DNA from: an uncultured Blautia sp.
GTDB taxonomy: Bacteria > Bacillota > Clostridia > Lachnospirales > Lachnospiraceae
Assembly (NCBI GenBank): GCA_900547685.1
Contig: URHS01000007.1
Span: 137 to 64,136, forward strand
Direction of reading: 5' to 3'
DNA: 64,000 bases
Below the pieces are notes generated by a model. The model was not told where the DNA came from. It made no database searches and saw nothing but the letters and a program-made list of their open reading frames with translations. Made by a program: the position numbers and the translations under genes. Position 1 is the stretch's first letter; the number at the start of each line of letters is the position of its first letter. Shown here in pieces: positions 48,366 to 64,000 of this stretch.

Positions 48366-50276
48366 ATGATATTAGCGTGTCAAAATATAGAAAAATCTTT
48401 TGATGGCGTCACGATTCTACAGGATGCCAGTTTCCATATAGAGGAAAGAGAAAAGGCTGCTCTTGTGGGCATTAACGGTGCAGGAAAATCTACACTTTTC
48501 CGTATTATTGTTGGAGAACTTGCGCCTGATAACGGACAGGTCATTCTTGCAAAAGGAAAGACTTTCGGTTATTTGGCACAGCATCAGGAAATGGAAAATC
48601 AGCTTACTATTTATGACTGCCTTTTACAGGTAAAACAGCATATTCTGGATATGGAAATCCGTATGCGGGAAATGGAAGCAGAAATGAAACATATCACAGG
48701 AGAAGCTTTAACAAAACTGATGGACAGCTACTCCCGTCTCACCCATGAATTTGAGATGGAAAATGGATATGCCTATAAAAGTGAATTAACAGGTGTCTTA
48801 AAAGGACTTGGTTTTCAGGAAGAAGATTTTCAAAAACAGGTTTCCACTCTTTCCGGAGGACAAAAAACAAGAGTTGCTCTTGGCCGTCTGCTTCTTTCTA
48901 AACCAGATATTATTCTACTGGATGAGCCTACCAACCATTTGGATATGGATTCTATTGCCTGGCTGGAAACCTATCTTTTAAATTATCCCGGAGCTGTTTT
49001 TATTGTCTCCCATGACCGTTATTTTCTGGATAAGGTTGCTACGAAAATCGTGGAAATTGATAACGGAAAAGTGTCCTCTTTCACCGGCAATTACAGCGCT
49101 TACAGTGAAAAAAAAGCTCTTCTACGAAAAGCGGCTTATCAGGCATACTTAAATCAGCAACAGGAAATTAAACACCAGGAAGAAGTCATTGCAAAACTAA
49201 AATCTTTCAACAGAGAAAAGTCTATCCGCAGAGCGGAAAGCAGAGAAAAAATGTTGGATAAAATGGAAGTGCTGGAAAAACCGGTAGAGATTGACAATTC
49301 CATGAAAATCTCTTTAAAGCCCAGAATTACTAGCGGAAATGATGTTCTGACTGTAGAAGGATTGGGAAAATCTTTCCCTCCTCTCACACTTTTTGAAGAT
49401 TTAAATTTCTCTATTAAAAGAGGTGAACGTGTTGCGATTATCGGGAATAATGGTACGGGAAAGACCACTATTTTAAAAATTTTAAATCAGATTGTACCAC
49501 CGGATACAGGATGTTTTCATTTAGGAAGTAAAGTCCACATTGGCTATTATGATCAGGAACACCATGTTTTGCATAATGAAAAGACAATTTTTGAAGAAAT
49601 CTCAGATGATTTCCCAAAACTTACCAATACAGAAATCCGCAATCTTCTGGCAGCGTTTTTATTTACAGGCGATGATGTGTTTAAACCTATTCAGGCTTTA
49701 AGCGGTGGAGAAAAAGGACGTGTTTCTCTGGCAAAACTCATGCTTTCAGAAGCAAACTTCCTGATTTTGGATGAGCCTACCAACCATTTGGATATTACCT
49801 CAAAAGAAATTTTAGAAGAAGCTTTAAGTAATTATGAAGGAACAGTTTTATATGTATCTCATGACCGTTATTTTATCAATAAAACAGCTACTAGGATTTT
49901 AGACTTAACCAATCAAAAACTGGTAAATTATATTGGCAATTATGATTATTATTTAGAAAAAAAAGAAGAATTAACCCAAATTTATGCACCGAATATACAG
50001 GAAACAGCAACGGAAGCTAAAACTTCTGCTGTAAAACTGGACTGGAAACAGCAAAAAGAAGAACAAGCACGCCTTCGTAAAAAAGAAAACGATTTAAAGA
50101 AAACAGAAGCCCTGATTGAAGAATTGGAAACACGAGACAATGAAATTGATGAGGAAATGGCAAAACCGGAAGTTGCTACAAACGTAGCAGAATGTGTTCG
50201 TCTTTCCAAAGAAAAAGCTGAAATTGCCCAAAAGCTGGAAGAACTTTACGAAAAATGGGAAGAATTGGCAGAGTAA
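48366..50276 (+). CDS. ABC-F family ATPase (YdiF/Uup-like)
   Basis: Two ABC cassettes (GINGAGKST, GNNGTGKTT, LDEPTNHLD twice), C-terminal coiled coil, no TMs. Confidence 0.93.
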   Translation: MILACQNIEKSFDGVTILQDASFHIEEREKAALVGINGAGKSTLFRIIVGELAPDNGQVILAKGKTFGYLAQHQEMENQLTIYDCLLQVKQHILDMEIRMREMEAEMKHITGEALTKLMDSYSRLTHEFEMENGYAYKSELTGVLKGLGFQEEDFQKQVSTLSGGQKTRVALGRLLLSKPDIILLDEPTNHLDMDSIAWLETYLLNYPGAVFIVSHDRYFLDKVATKIVEIDNGKVSSFTGNYSAYSEKKALLRKAAYQAYLNQQQEIKHQEEVIAKLKSFNREKSIRRAESREKMLDKMEVLEKPVEIDNSMKISLKPRITSGNDVLTVEGLGKSFPPLTLFEDLNFSIKRGERVAIIGNNGTGKTTILKILNQIVPPDTGCFHLGSKVHIGYYDQEHHVLHNEKTIFEEISDDFPKLTNTEIRNLLAAFLFTGDDVFKPIQALSGGEKGRVSLAKLMLSEANFLILDEPTNHLDITSKEILEEALSNYEGTVLYVSHDRYFINKTATRILDLTNQKLVNYIGNYDYYLEKKEELTQIYAPNIQETATEAKTSAVKLDWKQQKEEQARLRKKENDLKKTEALIEELETRDNEIDEEMAKPEVATNVAECVRLSKEKAEIAQKLEELYEKWEELAE

Positions 50277-50289
50277 TTTTGCTGATAAG

Positions 50290-50340
50290 AAAATTCCGTC
50301 TGTTTTAGAAAAAATTTCTATTGCAGACGGAATTTTATTT
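50290..50340. terminator. Bidirectional terminator
   Basis: AAAATTCCGTCTG...CAGACGGAATTTT. Confidence 0.75.
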
Positions 50341-50351
50341 TTTATTCACTA

Positions 50352-51557
50352 TTAAAGCAACTCTAATTCTCTGCGAATTTCTTTTATAAATTCCAAACTG
50401 TTTAATACAGTTACAGAAGTTTCTTTGGTAATTGCAGCCAAATCTTTTGTCATCTTTCCTGACTCAATGACTTTTAAAACAGCCTGCTCCAATTTGCCTG
50501 CAAATTGTTCTAATTCCGAATTACCATCCAGTTCTCCTCGCTTTCTTAAAGCGCCACTCCACGCAAAAATAGTTGCTACCGGATTTGTGGAGGTCTGTTT
50601 TCCTTCCAGATATTGATAATAATGACGCTGTACTGTGCCGTGGGCAGCTTCGTATTCAAAATATCCTTTCGGAGATACTAAGACAGAGGTCATCATGGCA
50701 AGAGATCCAAAAGCAGAGGAAACCATATCGCTCATTACATCTCCGTCATAATTTTTACATGCCCATATAAATCCTCCCTCTGCTTTCATAATTCGAGCGA
50801 CTGCATCGTCAATTAAGGTGTAAAAATAAGAAATATTTTCTTTTTCAAATTTTTCTTTATATTCTGTTTCATAAATTTCCTGAAAAATATCTTTAAAAGT
50901 ATGATCATATTTTTTAGAAATAGTATCCTTAGAAGAAAACCATAAATCTTCATGACAGTCCAATGCATAAGAAAAACAGGATCTGGCAAAACTTTCAATA
51001 GAAGAAGTTAAATTATGCATTCCCTGAACAATGCCCGGTCCTTGAAACATATTTACCAGTTCTCTGCTTTCTTCTCCTTTTTCGTTCGTATAAACCAATT
51101 CCACTTTTCCTACTCCCGGAATTTTCATTTCGGCATTTTTATATACATCACCGTAAGCATGTCTTGCTATGGTAATAGGTCTTTTCCAGTTTTTCACACA
51201 AGGTTCAATTCCCTTTACTAAAATAGGAGTGCGGAAAACAGTACCGTCTAAACAGGAACGAATGGTAGCATTGGGGCTCTTATACATTTCCTTTAAATCG
51301 TATTCCTTAACTCTTGCTGCATTTGGCGTAATTGTTGCACATTTTACTCCTACCTTATATTTTTTTATTGCTTCAGCGGCAGCCAAAGTCACTTCATCTT
51401 TTGTTTCGTCCCTATATTTCAATCCTAAATCATAATATTCAGTATTTAACTCAAGAAAGGGAGAAAGAAGTTCCTCTTTTATCCACCCCCATAAAATTCT
51501 TGTCATTTCATCTCCGTCCATCTCTACTAAAGGTGTTGCCATTTGTATTTTTCCCAT
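50352..51557 (-). CDS. icd: NADP-dependent isocitrate dehydrogenase (eukaryote-like type)
   Basis: EMDGDEMTR, KCATITP, KSPN.TIR, NYDGDVMSD, EAAHGTV. Confidence 0.96.
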   Translation of the reverse strand: MGKIQMATPLVEMDGDEMTRILWGWIKEELLSPFLELNTEYYDLGLKYRDETKDEVTLAAAEAIKKYKVGVKCATITPNAARVKEYDLKEMYKSPNATIRSCLDGTVFRTPILVKGIEPCVKNWKRPITIARHAYGDVYKNAEMKIPGVGKVELVYTNEKGEESRELVNMFQGPGIVQGMHNLTSSIESFARSCFSYALDCHEDLWFSSKDTISKKYDHTFKDIFQEIYETEYKEKFEKENISYFYTLIDDAVARIMKAEGGFIWACKNYDGDVMSDMVSSAFGSLAMMTSVLVSPKGYFEYEAAHGTVQRHYYQYLEGKQTSTNPVATIFAWSGALRKRGELDGNSELEQFAGKLEQAVLKVIESGKMTKDLAAITKETSVTVLNSLEFIKEIRRELELL

Positions 51558-51647
51558 ATCTTCTACCTCTTACTTTCTCAGATTATCACTGCGTTTTATT
51601 AAACTATTTTGTACATTTTAATAGACAAAAAGGTTATTTGTCAAGAG

Positions 51648-52520
51648 TTATTGCAAAAATTTATGCAAATCAAACAATCCCCAGCCTTGAAGATTATGTT
51701 CGTATCCTAAATCTTTTGCTGTTTTCCAAAGTTTCTTTTTCACTTCCAAATTGGTCATGGTAGGATATTTTTCCAGTAAAAGAGCAATACCTCCTGACAC
51801 AATGGGGGTAGACATGGATGTACCGCTTCTTGCAATATAAGGGAATAGACTATCAGAGTTCGTACAAGACATAATTTCGTTTCCAGGTGCTACAATATCC
51901 GGTTTACTGATACATTCTTTTGTGGGACCTCTCCCTGAAATCCCATGATTTTTCATTAGCATATCAGAAGAACCTACGGTAATAATTTTACGGCTGCTTC
52001 CGGGAGCTGTAATGCTACATCTTCCCGGTCCCATATTTCCTGCTGCCGCTACCACTACAAGCCCTGCATCCCAGACTGCTTCTACTGCCTGAATTAAATC
52101 TTCATGTTTTTCTCTTCTGGTAGTACCTACAGAAATATTTACAATACGAATGTTATAATTTTCTCTATTTTTTAAAATCCACTGAAAAGCTTTTAATACT
52201 TTTTCTTTACTGCCATTTCCTTTTTTATCCAGCACTTTAATGGGGATAAGCCCACATTCAGGAGCAATTCCCTGAATTTTACCATTTCCTGCTGCACCGC
52301 TTCCACCGATAATTCCCAGTACATGAGTTCCATGTCCATTATCATCATAAGGTTTTGTCCGTCCGTTGACAAAATCCTGAAAGTTCCAAATTCGATTATC
52401 AAAATCTATATGAGGAAATGCTCCTGTATCCAATACAGCAACACCAATTCCTTTTCCTGTCCAAAGTTCATTTCTTGTATTACTGCACCAATAACTACCT
52501 TCTTTTTTTACTTTGTCCAT
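51648..52520 (-). CDS. Intracellular S8 subtilase (AprX-like)
   Basis: Catalytic triad LDTG / HGTHV / GTSMS; no signal peptide; start probably ATG 52520. Confidence 0.9.
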   Translation of the reverse strand: MDKVKKEGSYWCSNTRNELWTGKGIGVAVLDTGAFPHIDFDNRIWNFQDFVNGRTKPYDDNGHGTHVLGIIGGSGAAGNGKIQGIAPECGLIPIKVLDKKGNGSKEKVLKAFQWILKNRENYNIRIVNISVGTTRREKHEDLIQAVEAVWDAGLVVVAAAGNMGPGRCSITAPGSSRKIITVGSSDMLMKNHGISGRGPTKECISKPDIVAPGNEIMSCTNSDSLFPYIARSGTSMSTPIVSGGIALLLEKYPTMTNLEVKKKLWKTAKDLGYEHNLQGWGLFDLHKFLQ

Positions 52521-52649
52521 GGCAAAATTCCCTTTTTCATTAGTATATGTAAAAGTAATAGAAAGGGACCCAATACTACCACAGGAGTATCTGCCGATTT
52601 TCAAATAGTCTTTACAAATTGCCATATTACTCCACCATTAGAAAGCAGT

Positions 52650-53110
52650 TAAAATTCTATTTTACGATTTGATTTTCTTAATTTAAAATAGATATCCGAA
52701 ACTTCTTCACCCATGACTGATGGTAAGTTGGTCTATAATGTGTAACACTTTTCATTAAATTGTGCAGAGGAAAATTGTGAATCATTGTGTAAATTTACAA
52801 ATAGTGATGAATTTTCTAAATTCACTTTAACGGTGATATGAGTATCACCCTCTAAAACTGTATGGGATTTTATTGCAGGTAAAAGTTTATTTCTTTTTTT
52901 TACATTTTCAAATATAGATACAAGACGGTCATTTAAATTTTTTGATATTTCATTCTTTGATAAATCTAATGTACCATATATACCGTCTTATCTATTTCAT
53001 GAGCTAATACTACCAGTCTTTTTCTGTTTTTTCTATAAGCTCTTTTTCCATAACAGAACACATAGCGCTAAATAGAGCATTTAAACCATCAATTTTCCCA
53101 TTTCAGTTAA
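52650..53110 (-). pseudogene. Degraded ORF remnant
   Basis: Protein-like reading segments in shifting frames broken by stops; AT-rich. Confidence 0.35.
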
Positions 53111-53147
53111 TCATAACATAGGTAGTATAAAATCCATATAAAGAAAA

Positions 53148-53900
53148 TCACATGATTTCTATGTATGTTTTATAAAAATCATAAGTTCTTCCATTTTCTT
53201 GGGCACAGGCCAGAAAACGGCTGATTACATATCCCGTTTGGTATTTTTTCTGAACTGTTGCAAGATGTTCAGAAAGATTGTTGGGATAACCCGGTGCAAT
53301 TTCTTCCTTCATTAAACAAACAATATATCTGCCCAAGCCCTTTTCCCAAAGGGTATTCATATAATGTTCCTGCTCTTTTTGTCGATATGTAATACTGAGT
53401 CCCCGATGCTCCTTTTCAATATGAGATGAATGCTGGACACGGGAATACAAATAAGGGTTATTGATATACTGTTTTAGTTTTTCAATCTCTATTAACTCAA
53501 AAGGAACAATGCAATCCACATCAATTTCAACCTCTTTGTATAGGGTTTTCTGAAGTTGGCAAATAGTATTCAACGCTTCCATATGATACTGGAGTTTTTG
53601 CATACGCTGTTCTAATGCACTTTGCTGCTGACGCAGAATTTCCATCTGCTGCGAACAAATATCCTTGTGAGACTGTATCCCAATTTGCTCCATGGTTCTA
53701 ATCTGCTTGAGGGGAATACCCATACTTTTATAAAACAAAATATCCGAGATTGTCATCAAATCTGATACTGTGTATACCCGATACTGATTCTCGGGATTTT
53801 TTTTGGGAATAAGAATTCCGGACTCTTCCCAAAATCTTAATGTAGATGCCGGGATATCAAAAAATTTTGAAATTTCCCCAATTTGAAATACACACTCCAT
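53148..53900 (-). CDS. MerR-family transcriptional regulator
   Basis: FQIGEISK......TLRFWE..G.L.P....N.YR.Y; RBS CAGGAGG. Confidence 0.92.
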   Translation of the reverse strand: MECVFQIGEISKFFDIPASTLRFWEESGILIPKKNPENQYRVYTVSDLMTISDILFYKSMGIPLKQIRTMEQIGIQSHKDICSQQMEILRQQQSALEQRMQKLQYHMEALNTICQLQKTLYKEVEIDVDCIVPFELIEIEKLKQYINNPYLYSRVQHSSHIEKEHRGLSITYRQKEQEHYMNTLWEKGLGRYIVCLMKEEIAPGYPNNLSEHLATVQKKYQTGYVISRFLACAQENGRTYDFYKTYIEIM

Positions 53901-53947
53901 AACTTCCTCCTGTTTGATTTTCATTTACATTCTATCATAAAAACTTC

Positions 53948-53978
53948 TTGACCTTCAAGTAACTTGAAGTTTTATTCT
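53948..53978 (+). promoter_or_regulatory. MerR-type promoter/operator for the MATE gene
   Basis: TTGACC-19-TATTCT with perfect dyad CTTCAAGT-A-ACTTGAAG (53953-53969). Confidence 0.88.
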
Positions 53979-53997
53979 ATAAATGAGGAGGTTTGTT

Positions 53998-55338
53998 ATG
54001 AAAAATCAAATTATTTTGTTATCTGAAAAAAATGTGCATTTTGGGAAGATCTTGTGGTTTATCCTTCCAACATATCTGACATCCCTGTTCAATACTCTTT
54101 ATACTATTGTAGATGGAATTTTTGTTTCCCAATATGTAGGAACCAATGCTCTGGCGGCAATCAATATCGTATACCCGATTGTCAATATTCTCACCGGAAT
54201 TGCCTTGGTATTTGCTGCTGGAGGAAGCGCTATGGCGGCAATCTCAATAGGCGCTAATAAAAAAGAGCAAGCAGGGCAAGAATTTACACTCTGCATGGTA
54301 CTCTCCATCGGAGTAGGTACAGCAATATCTTTACTCATGTTTCTTTTTCTTCCCCAGCTCTTAGCGTTCCTAGGAGCAACAAAGCCCACTTTATCGGACT
54401 GCAGGATTTATGCTATAATATGGCTTGCTGGGATTCCAGCGGTCATCGGAAAAGAATTGTTTACCTACTTCATACGTGCTGACGGATCACCTGAATATAG
54501 CTTTTTCCTGGCCGTATCAGGAGGCGTAACTAACGTTGTGCTGGATTATGTATTTATTGTTCGTATGGGTATGGGAGTTTTGGGGGCTGGCCTGGCAACC
54601 ATACTGGGATTGACGCTTTCCTTTTTCCTGGGACTACTCTATTTCCTACGGTACAAGAAGTATTTGCGTCCTGTCTGGAAAAACTTGCAGTTGAAAATCG
54701 GTCTGAAATGTGCAGTCAATGGTTCTTCTGAATTTATCGATCAGCTTGCCATTGCTATCACCACGGTAGTGTTTAACCGTACTGCACTTACCCTTGTAGG
54801 AGAAAATGGTATTGCAGCAGTATCCATCATTATGTATTTGCAGTTTTTGTTTATCGGTATTTACTTCGGCTATTCCATGGGTATTTCCCCTCTTTTAAGC
54901 TATGCTTATGGAAATAACGATGGCGCAATTTGTAAAAAATTGGAACGATACTCTTATCGTTTTTTTACATTAGCACCGGTTCTTATGTATGCTCTTTCCT
55001 ATATTTCCGCACCGCTTGCAGTTTCCTTCTTTGCCTCACCGAAAACAGAAGTCTATTTTCTGGCTTTATCCGGAATGAGGCTATATGGAATCGGTTATCT
55101 GTTTTCAGGACTCAACATATTTACTACAATTCGGTTGACTGCCTATGGAAAAGGACATCTTTCATCCATCATCACATTTTTGCGTTCTTTTATGCTGCTG
55201 TTACTGTTTCTGTTTTTACTTCCCCTTATATGGGGAATAAATGGTCTGTGGTTGGCAATGCCGATTGCTGAAATACTCACTACATTACTAATATTATATT
55301 TTAATCATATTACACATAATTCATTAGATATTTTTTAA
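53998..55338 (+). CDS. MATE-family efflux transporter
   Basis: Y.IVDGIFV...VG..ALAA, N.VLD..FI, about 12 TMs; RBS GAGGAGG. Confidence 0.93.
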   Translation: MKNQIILLSEKNVHFGKILWFILPTYLTSLFNTLYTIVDGIFVSQYVGTNALAAINIVYPIVNILTGIALVFAAGGSAMAAISIGANKKEQAGQEFTLCMVLSIGVGTAISLLMFLFLPQLLAFLGATKPTLSDCRIYAIIWLAGIPAVIGKELFTYFIRADGSPEYSFFLAVSGGVTNVVLDYVFIVRMGMGVLGAGLATILGLTLSFFLGLLYFLRYKKYLRPVWKNLQLKIGLKCAVNGSSEFIDQLAIAITTVVFNRTALTLVGENGIAAVSIIMYLQFLFIGIYFGYSMGISPLLSYAYGNNDGAICKKLERYSYRFFTLAPVLMYALSYISAPLAVSFFASPKTEVYFLALSGMRLYGIGYLFSGLNIFTTIRLTAYGKGHLSSIITFLRSFMLLLLFLFLLPLIWGINGLWLAMPIAEILTTLLILYFNHITHNSLDIF

Positions 55339-55429
55339 CAATAGACTCTCTTTTACCGCATAGACGACAGATTCTGCTATGGCTTTTAAGCTCTCTGTAA
55401 AAGAAACCATAATGCAGTAGAGAAAATTT

Positions 55430-55469
55430 CAGGGGCAGATATGACTCGCATGAGTCATATCTGCCCCTG
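55430..55469. terminator. Strong hairpin between convergent MATE and GH2 genes
   Basis: CAGGGGCAGATATGACTC-GCAT-GAGTCATATCTGCCCCTG perfect 18-bp stem. Confidence 0.85.
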
Positions 55470-55477
55470 TTTCTGTT

Positions 55478-61354
<5,877 letters not shown>

Positions 61355-61656
61355 TTACACATTATGAACCATAAAGTCAATAAAAATAGTGGTCATTTTT
61401 TCTTTTTAAATCTTATATATTTTTATTTTTTTGTGCATTTTAACGTATATTATGTCGATTCAATTGAAATTTTATAGGCAGCAGATACCCGAACGCTCAC
61501 TTTGCTTTTTTCCTTATAAATGCAGAAGTCAACATAACTGTTATCCCCAGAACAATATAAACAAGTGCATAACCAATAGAGGATTCACTGCAAAAAATAA
61601 AATGATTGCCAGCTAATAAATACTCTTTTTCATCTGGAACTAACTCTCATAACGTG

Positions 61657-62721
61657 TTAACTGTTTTTTACCGAATTTCCATCCAACTCTTTTAGACATT
61701 CCTCAAATTCTGTACTATCTTTTAAAAATTGAGAACTTTCATCTGTTTTAATTGCTTGAATAATGGTCTTTTGAAATTTAGAGCCTATCTCTTTATCAAC
61801 CCCTTTTGATTTGATATGTCGATAAAGCGGAGAAGAATTAATATTCCACTGTTTTCTCAAAGATTTCAGCATTGGTAAAAGTAATTTTAAACATTTCACT
61901 TTATTTTTCGTTGCAGAATAAAGTATAAAATGGGCTACATAGGAGTTATATTCCCATAAATCAAATAATTGTGACGCTTGTTTATCTACATCCGCAATAT
62001 ACTCTGCATCTTCTATTCTTTCTTCTTTTATTGCAATTTCCATTAATGTCACCAGTGAAGCATGAAAATCATTTGTTGCAGACAATAATTTTTCTTCTAT
62101 CATTTGTGCAGCTTTTTCTAAATCGCCTCTGGCAATATACAAATTTGCCTGAAGTTGTTTTCTATCTACAAAACTCTCTTTTGAAAACGTATCCAGAATT
62201 TCTTGGGCTTGATCATATTCTTTTCTCTCTATCAATTTAGAAACCAAGCAACTTTGTGATGATTCTCTAATATTTACGTCATTACTTTTCGCAGCATATT
62301 TATGTAAATTTTCAATTTTACCCTGATACTCTTTATTCACTTTTTTACCATTAAAAATCAAAGCGCCTTCTAGCAGCATCGCCATATTACCAATTAGCAA
62401 ATCACAATTTGGAAATTCTTTAATTTTATCCATTGCTAAAGCATAGCCCGCTTCAAATCCTTTTTTATCAATTGTTTCAGATACTTCATTTATAAAAAGT
62501 GCTATCTCTTTTTCAGATAAATCATCTTTAAAAGATAAAAGTGTATTAAGATCTGTATCTAAAAGACGTGCAAGTACTGGCAATAATACAATATCTGGAT
62601 AAGTTGTACCTTTTTCCCATTTATTAACAGCCGGCGTAGATACCCCCAAATAATTAGCAACTTGTTCCTGCGTAAGTCCTTTCTCTAATCGCTTTTGACG
62701 AATAATTTCATTTATTTTCAT
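61657..62721 (-). CDS. XRE-family HTH regulator with helical/TPR-like C-terminus
   Basis: LTQEQVA..LGVS..AVNKWEKG...PDI; RBS AAGGAG. Confidence 0.88.
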   Translation of the reverse strand: MKINEIIRQKRLEKGLTQEQVANYLGVSTPAVNKWEKGTTYPDIVLLPVLARLLDTDLNTLLSFKDDLSEKEIALFINEVSETIDKKGFEAGYALAMDKIKEFPNCDLLIGNMAMLLEGALIFNGKKVNKEYQGKIENLHKYAAKSNDVNIRESSQSCLVSKLIERKEYDQAQEILDTFSKESFVDRKQLQANLYIARGDLEKAAQMIEEKLLSATNDFHASLVTLMEIAIKEERIEDAEYIADVDKQASQLFDLWEYNSYVAHFILYSATKNKVKCLKLLLPMLKSLRKQWNINSSPLYRHIKSKGVDKEIGSKFQKTIIQAIKTDESSQFLKDSTEFEECLKELDGNSVKNS

Positions 62722-63046
62722 AAGAGTATCTCCTTTTTTTATTTTCACTCTTATTATAATGGTTGATATAAGTATTTTCTATTTCCCTGTCATTAACTTT
62801 CAAGAAGCAAAATTAACCTGTGATTAAAGAAATTAAAAACCACTTTGCTTTTCTAAGGTGGATATGACATAGTCCTTTTACAACTGTTCTATATGAATAG
62901 AATATCCTCATTCTCACGAAAAATCAACGCAATCTCATTATATTTACAAGATTCGTTTTAAAGCATATTCTTTAGAAAAACAAGAGTTTCAGTCAAGTTT
63001 TCTTCCCCTGCTTCATAAATTTTTAAAAAGTCTTATGGAGTGGTTT

Positions 63047-64000
63047 ATGCCATCAAAGAAGGAATTTATTCTCTCAGAAAAATATGCGGATATTATTCTG
63101 CCCATATATTCTGATTTCTTAGAAGAATATGCGGAATGGGGTGCTCAAATTTTTAACAGCTATTATGGAATGATACATTATCCGCTAGAAGAAGAACTCT
63201 ACCGGGGCTTTTATGAATACGGTTTTTTTTATAACACACTGCCGAAATTATACACTCTCCTTGATACAGTAAGTCTGGATGCTTCCGGTATTACTACAGT
63301 ACAAACACAACCTGTTTTAAACTTAAAAGGCACAAATGTACTTCTGGGTTTCATCGACACGGGCATCGATTACACACATCCTGCATTCCGGAAAACAGAC
63401 GGAAGCAGCAGAATTTATGGACTATGGGATCAGACCATTCAAGAAGGCACACCTCCGTTTGATTTAGAATATGGAACTGCTTACAACAATGACGACTTAA
63501 ATAATGCACTGGCTTCAGAAAATCCTCTTTCTGTCATTCCCAGCGAAGACACCAATGGTCATGGTACTTTTCTCGCCGGTGTAGCAGGGGGAAGTTCTCT
63601 TCCTCAATCTGATTTTAACGGTGCTGCTCCGGATAGTATGCTGGCTGTAGTAAAACTAAAAGAAGCAAAACAATATCTGAAGTCTCTTTTTTTTGCCACC
63701 GGAGATATGCCTGCCTATCAAAGTACAGATATTATGATGGGAATTCGTTACCTCACTCTATTAGCGGACGAACTGAAAAAGCCTCTTGTAATATGTTTTA
63801 GTCTTGGTACAAATCAAGGTCCTCATACAGGAGTTTCTCCGGTAGACTCCATGCTTGCGATTGCCAATAATTATCGAGGGCTTCATTCCATTGTAGCAGC
63901 CGGAAACGAAGCCGGAAAAGCTCATCATTATTATGGCAGTTTTTCCGGCAATGAAACTTCCATAGATGTAGAAATACTGGTACCCGAAAACACCTCTGGA
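63047..64000 (+). CDS. Csp-like S8 protease (spore germination family), 3'-partial
   Basis: Absent from ORF track; MPSKKEFILSEKYADII...GFIDTGIDYTHPAF...WDQT...DTNGHGTFLAGVAGG...VVKLKEAK...AAGNE. Confidence 0.9.
   Translation, partial: MPSKKEFILSEKYADIILPIYSDFLEEYAEWGAQIFNSYYGMIHYPLEEELYRGFYEYGFFYNTLPKLYTLLDTVSLDASGITTVQTQPVLNLKGTNVLLGFIDTGIDYTHPAFRKTDGSSRIYGLWDQTIQEGTPPFDLEYGTAYNNDDLNNALASENPLSVIPSEDTNGHGTFLAGVAGGSSLPQSDFNGAAPDSMLAVVKLKEAKQYLKSLFFATGDMPAYQSTDIMMGIRYLTLLADELKKPLVICFSLGTNQGPHTGVSPVDSMLAIANNYRGLHSIVAAGNEAGKAHHYYGSFSGNETSIDVEILVPENTSG

Noticed and set aside
61657..62721. This XRE gene as the other half of the split HTH gene
   Set aside because: It is complete with its own N-terminus and lies on the wrong side of the junction

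Overview
Low-GC Firmicute chromosome segment; gene order and content point to a spore-forming Lachnospiraceae (Blautia-like, inferred). Positions 1 to ~8682 are one end of a visibly GC-richer integrated element, probably an ICE, although no integrase, relaxase or T4SS gene is in the window. It carries a giant thioester-domain/SpaA-repeat adhesin running off the left edge, a lipoprotein, several unannotated micro-ORFs, a ParM/ParR-like pair, recurrent hairpin+U-tract motifs and a candidate cis-regulatory structured RNA. The element appears to be inserted inside an XRE-family HTH gene, whose 5' half survives at 8655-8771. The rest is mostly core genome (miaB, proB, ybeY-phoH-yqfCD, sbcCD, lgt, helD-like, ilvBN, rsmH paralog, rlmH, nfnAB, ftsK, uppP, tepA, yebC, solo mazF, alr, nnr, rex, ABC-F, icd). 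It ends with a MerR-MATE cassette, a large cell-wall-anchored GH2 beta-galactosidase, an XRE regulator and a Csp-like S8 protease. No rRNA, tRNA or CRISPR array was seen. All calls are by-eye motif recognition; no searches were run.
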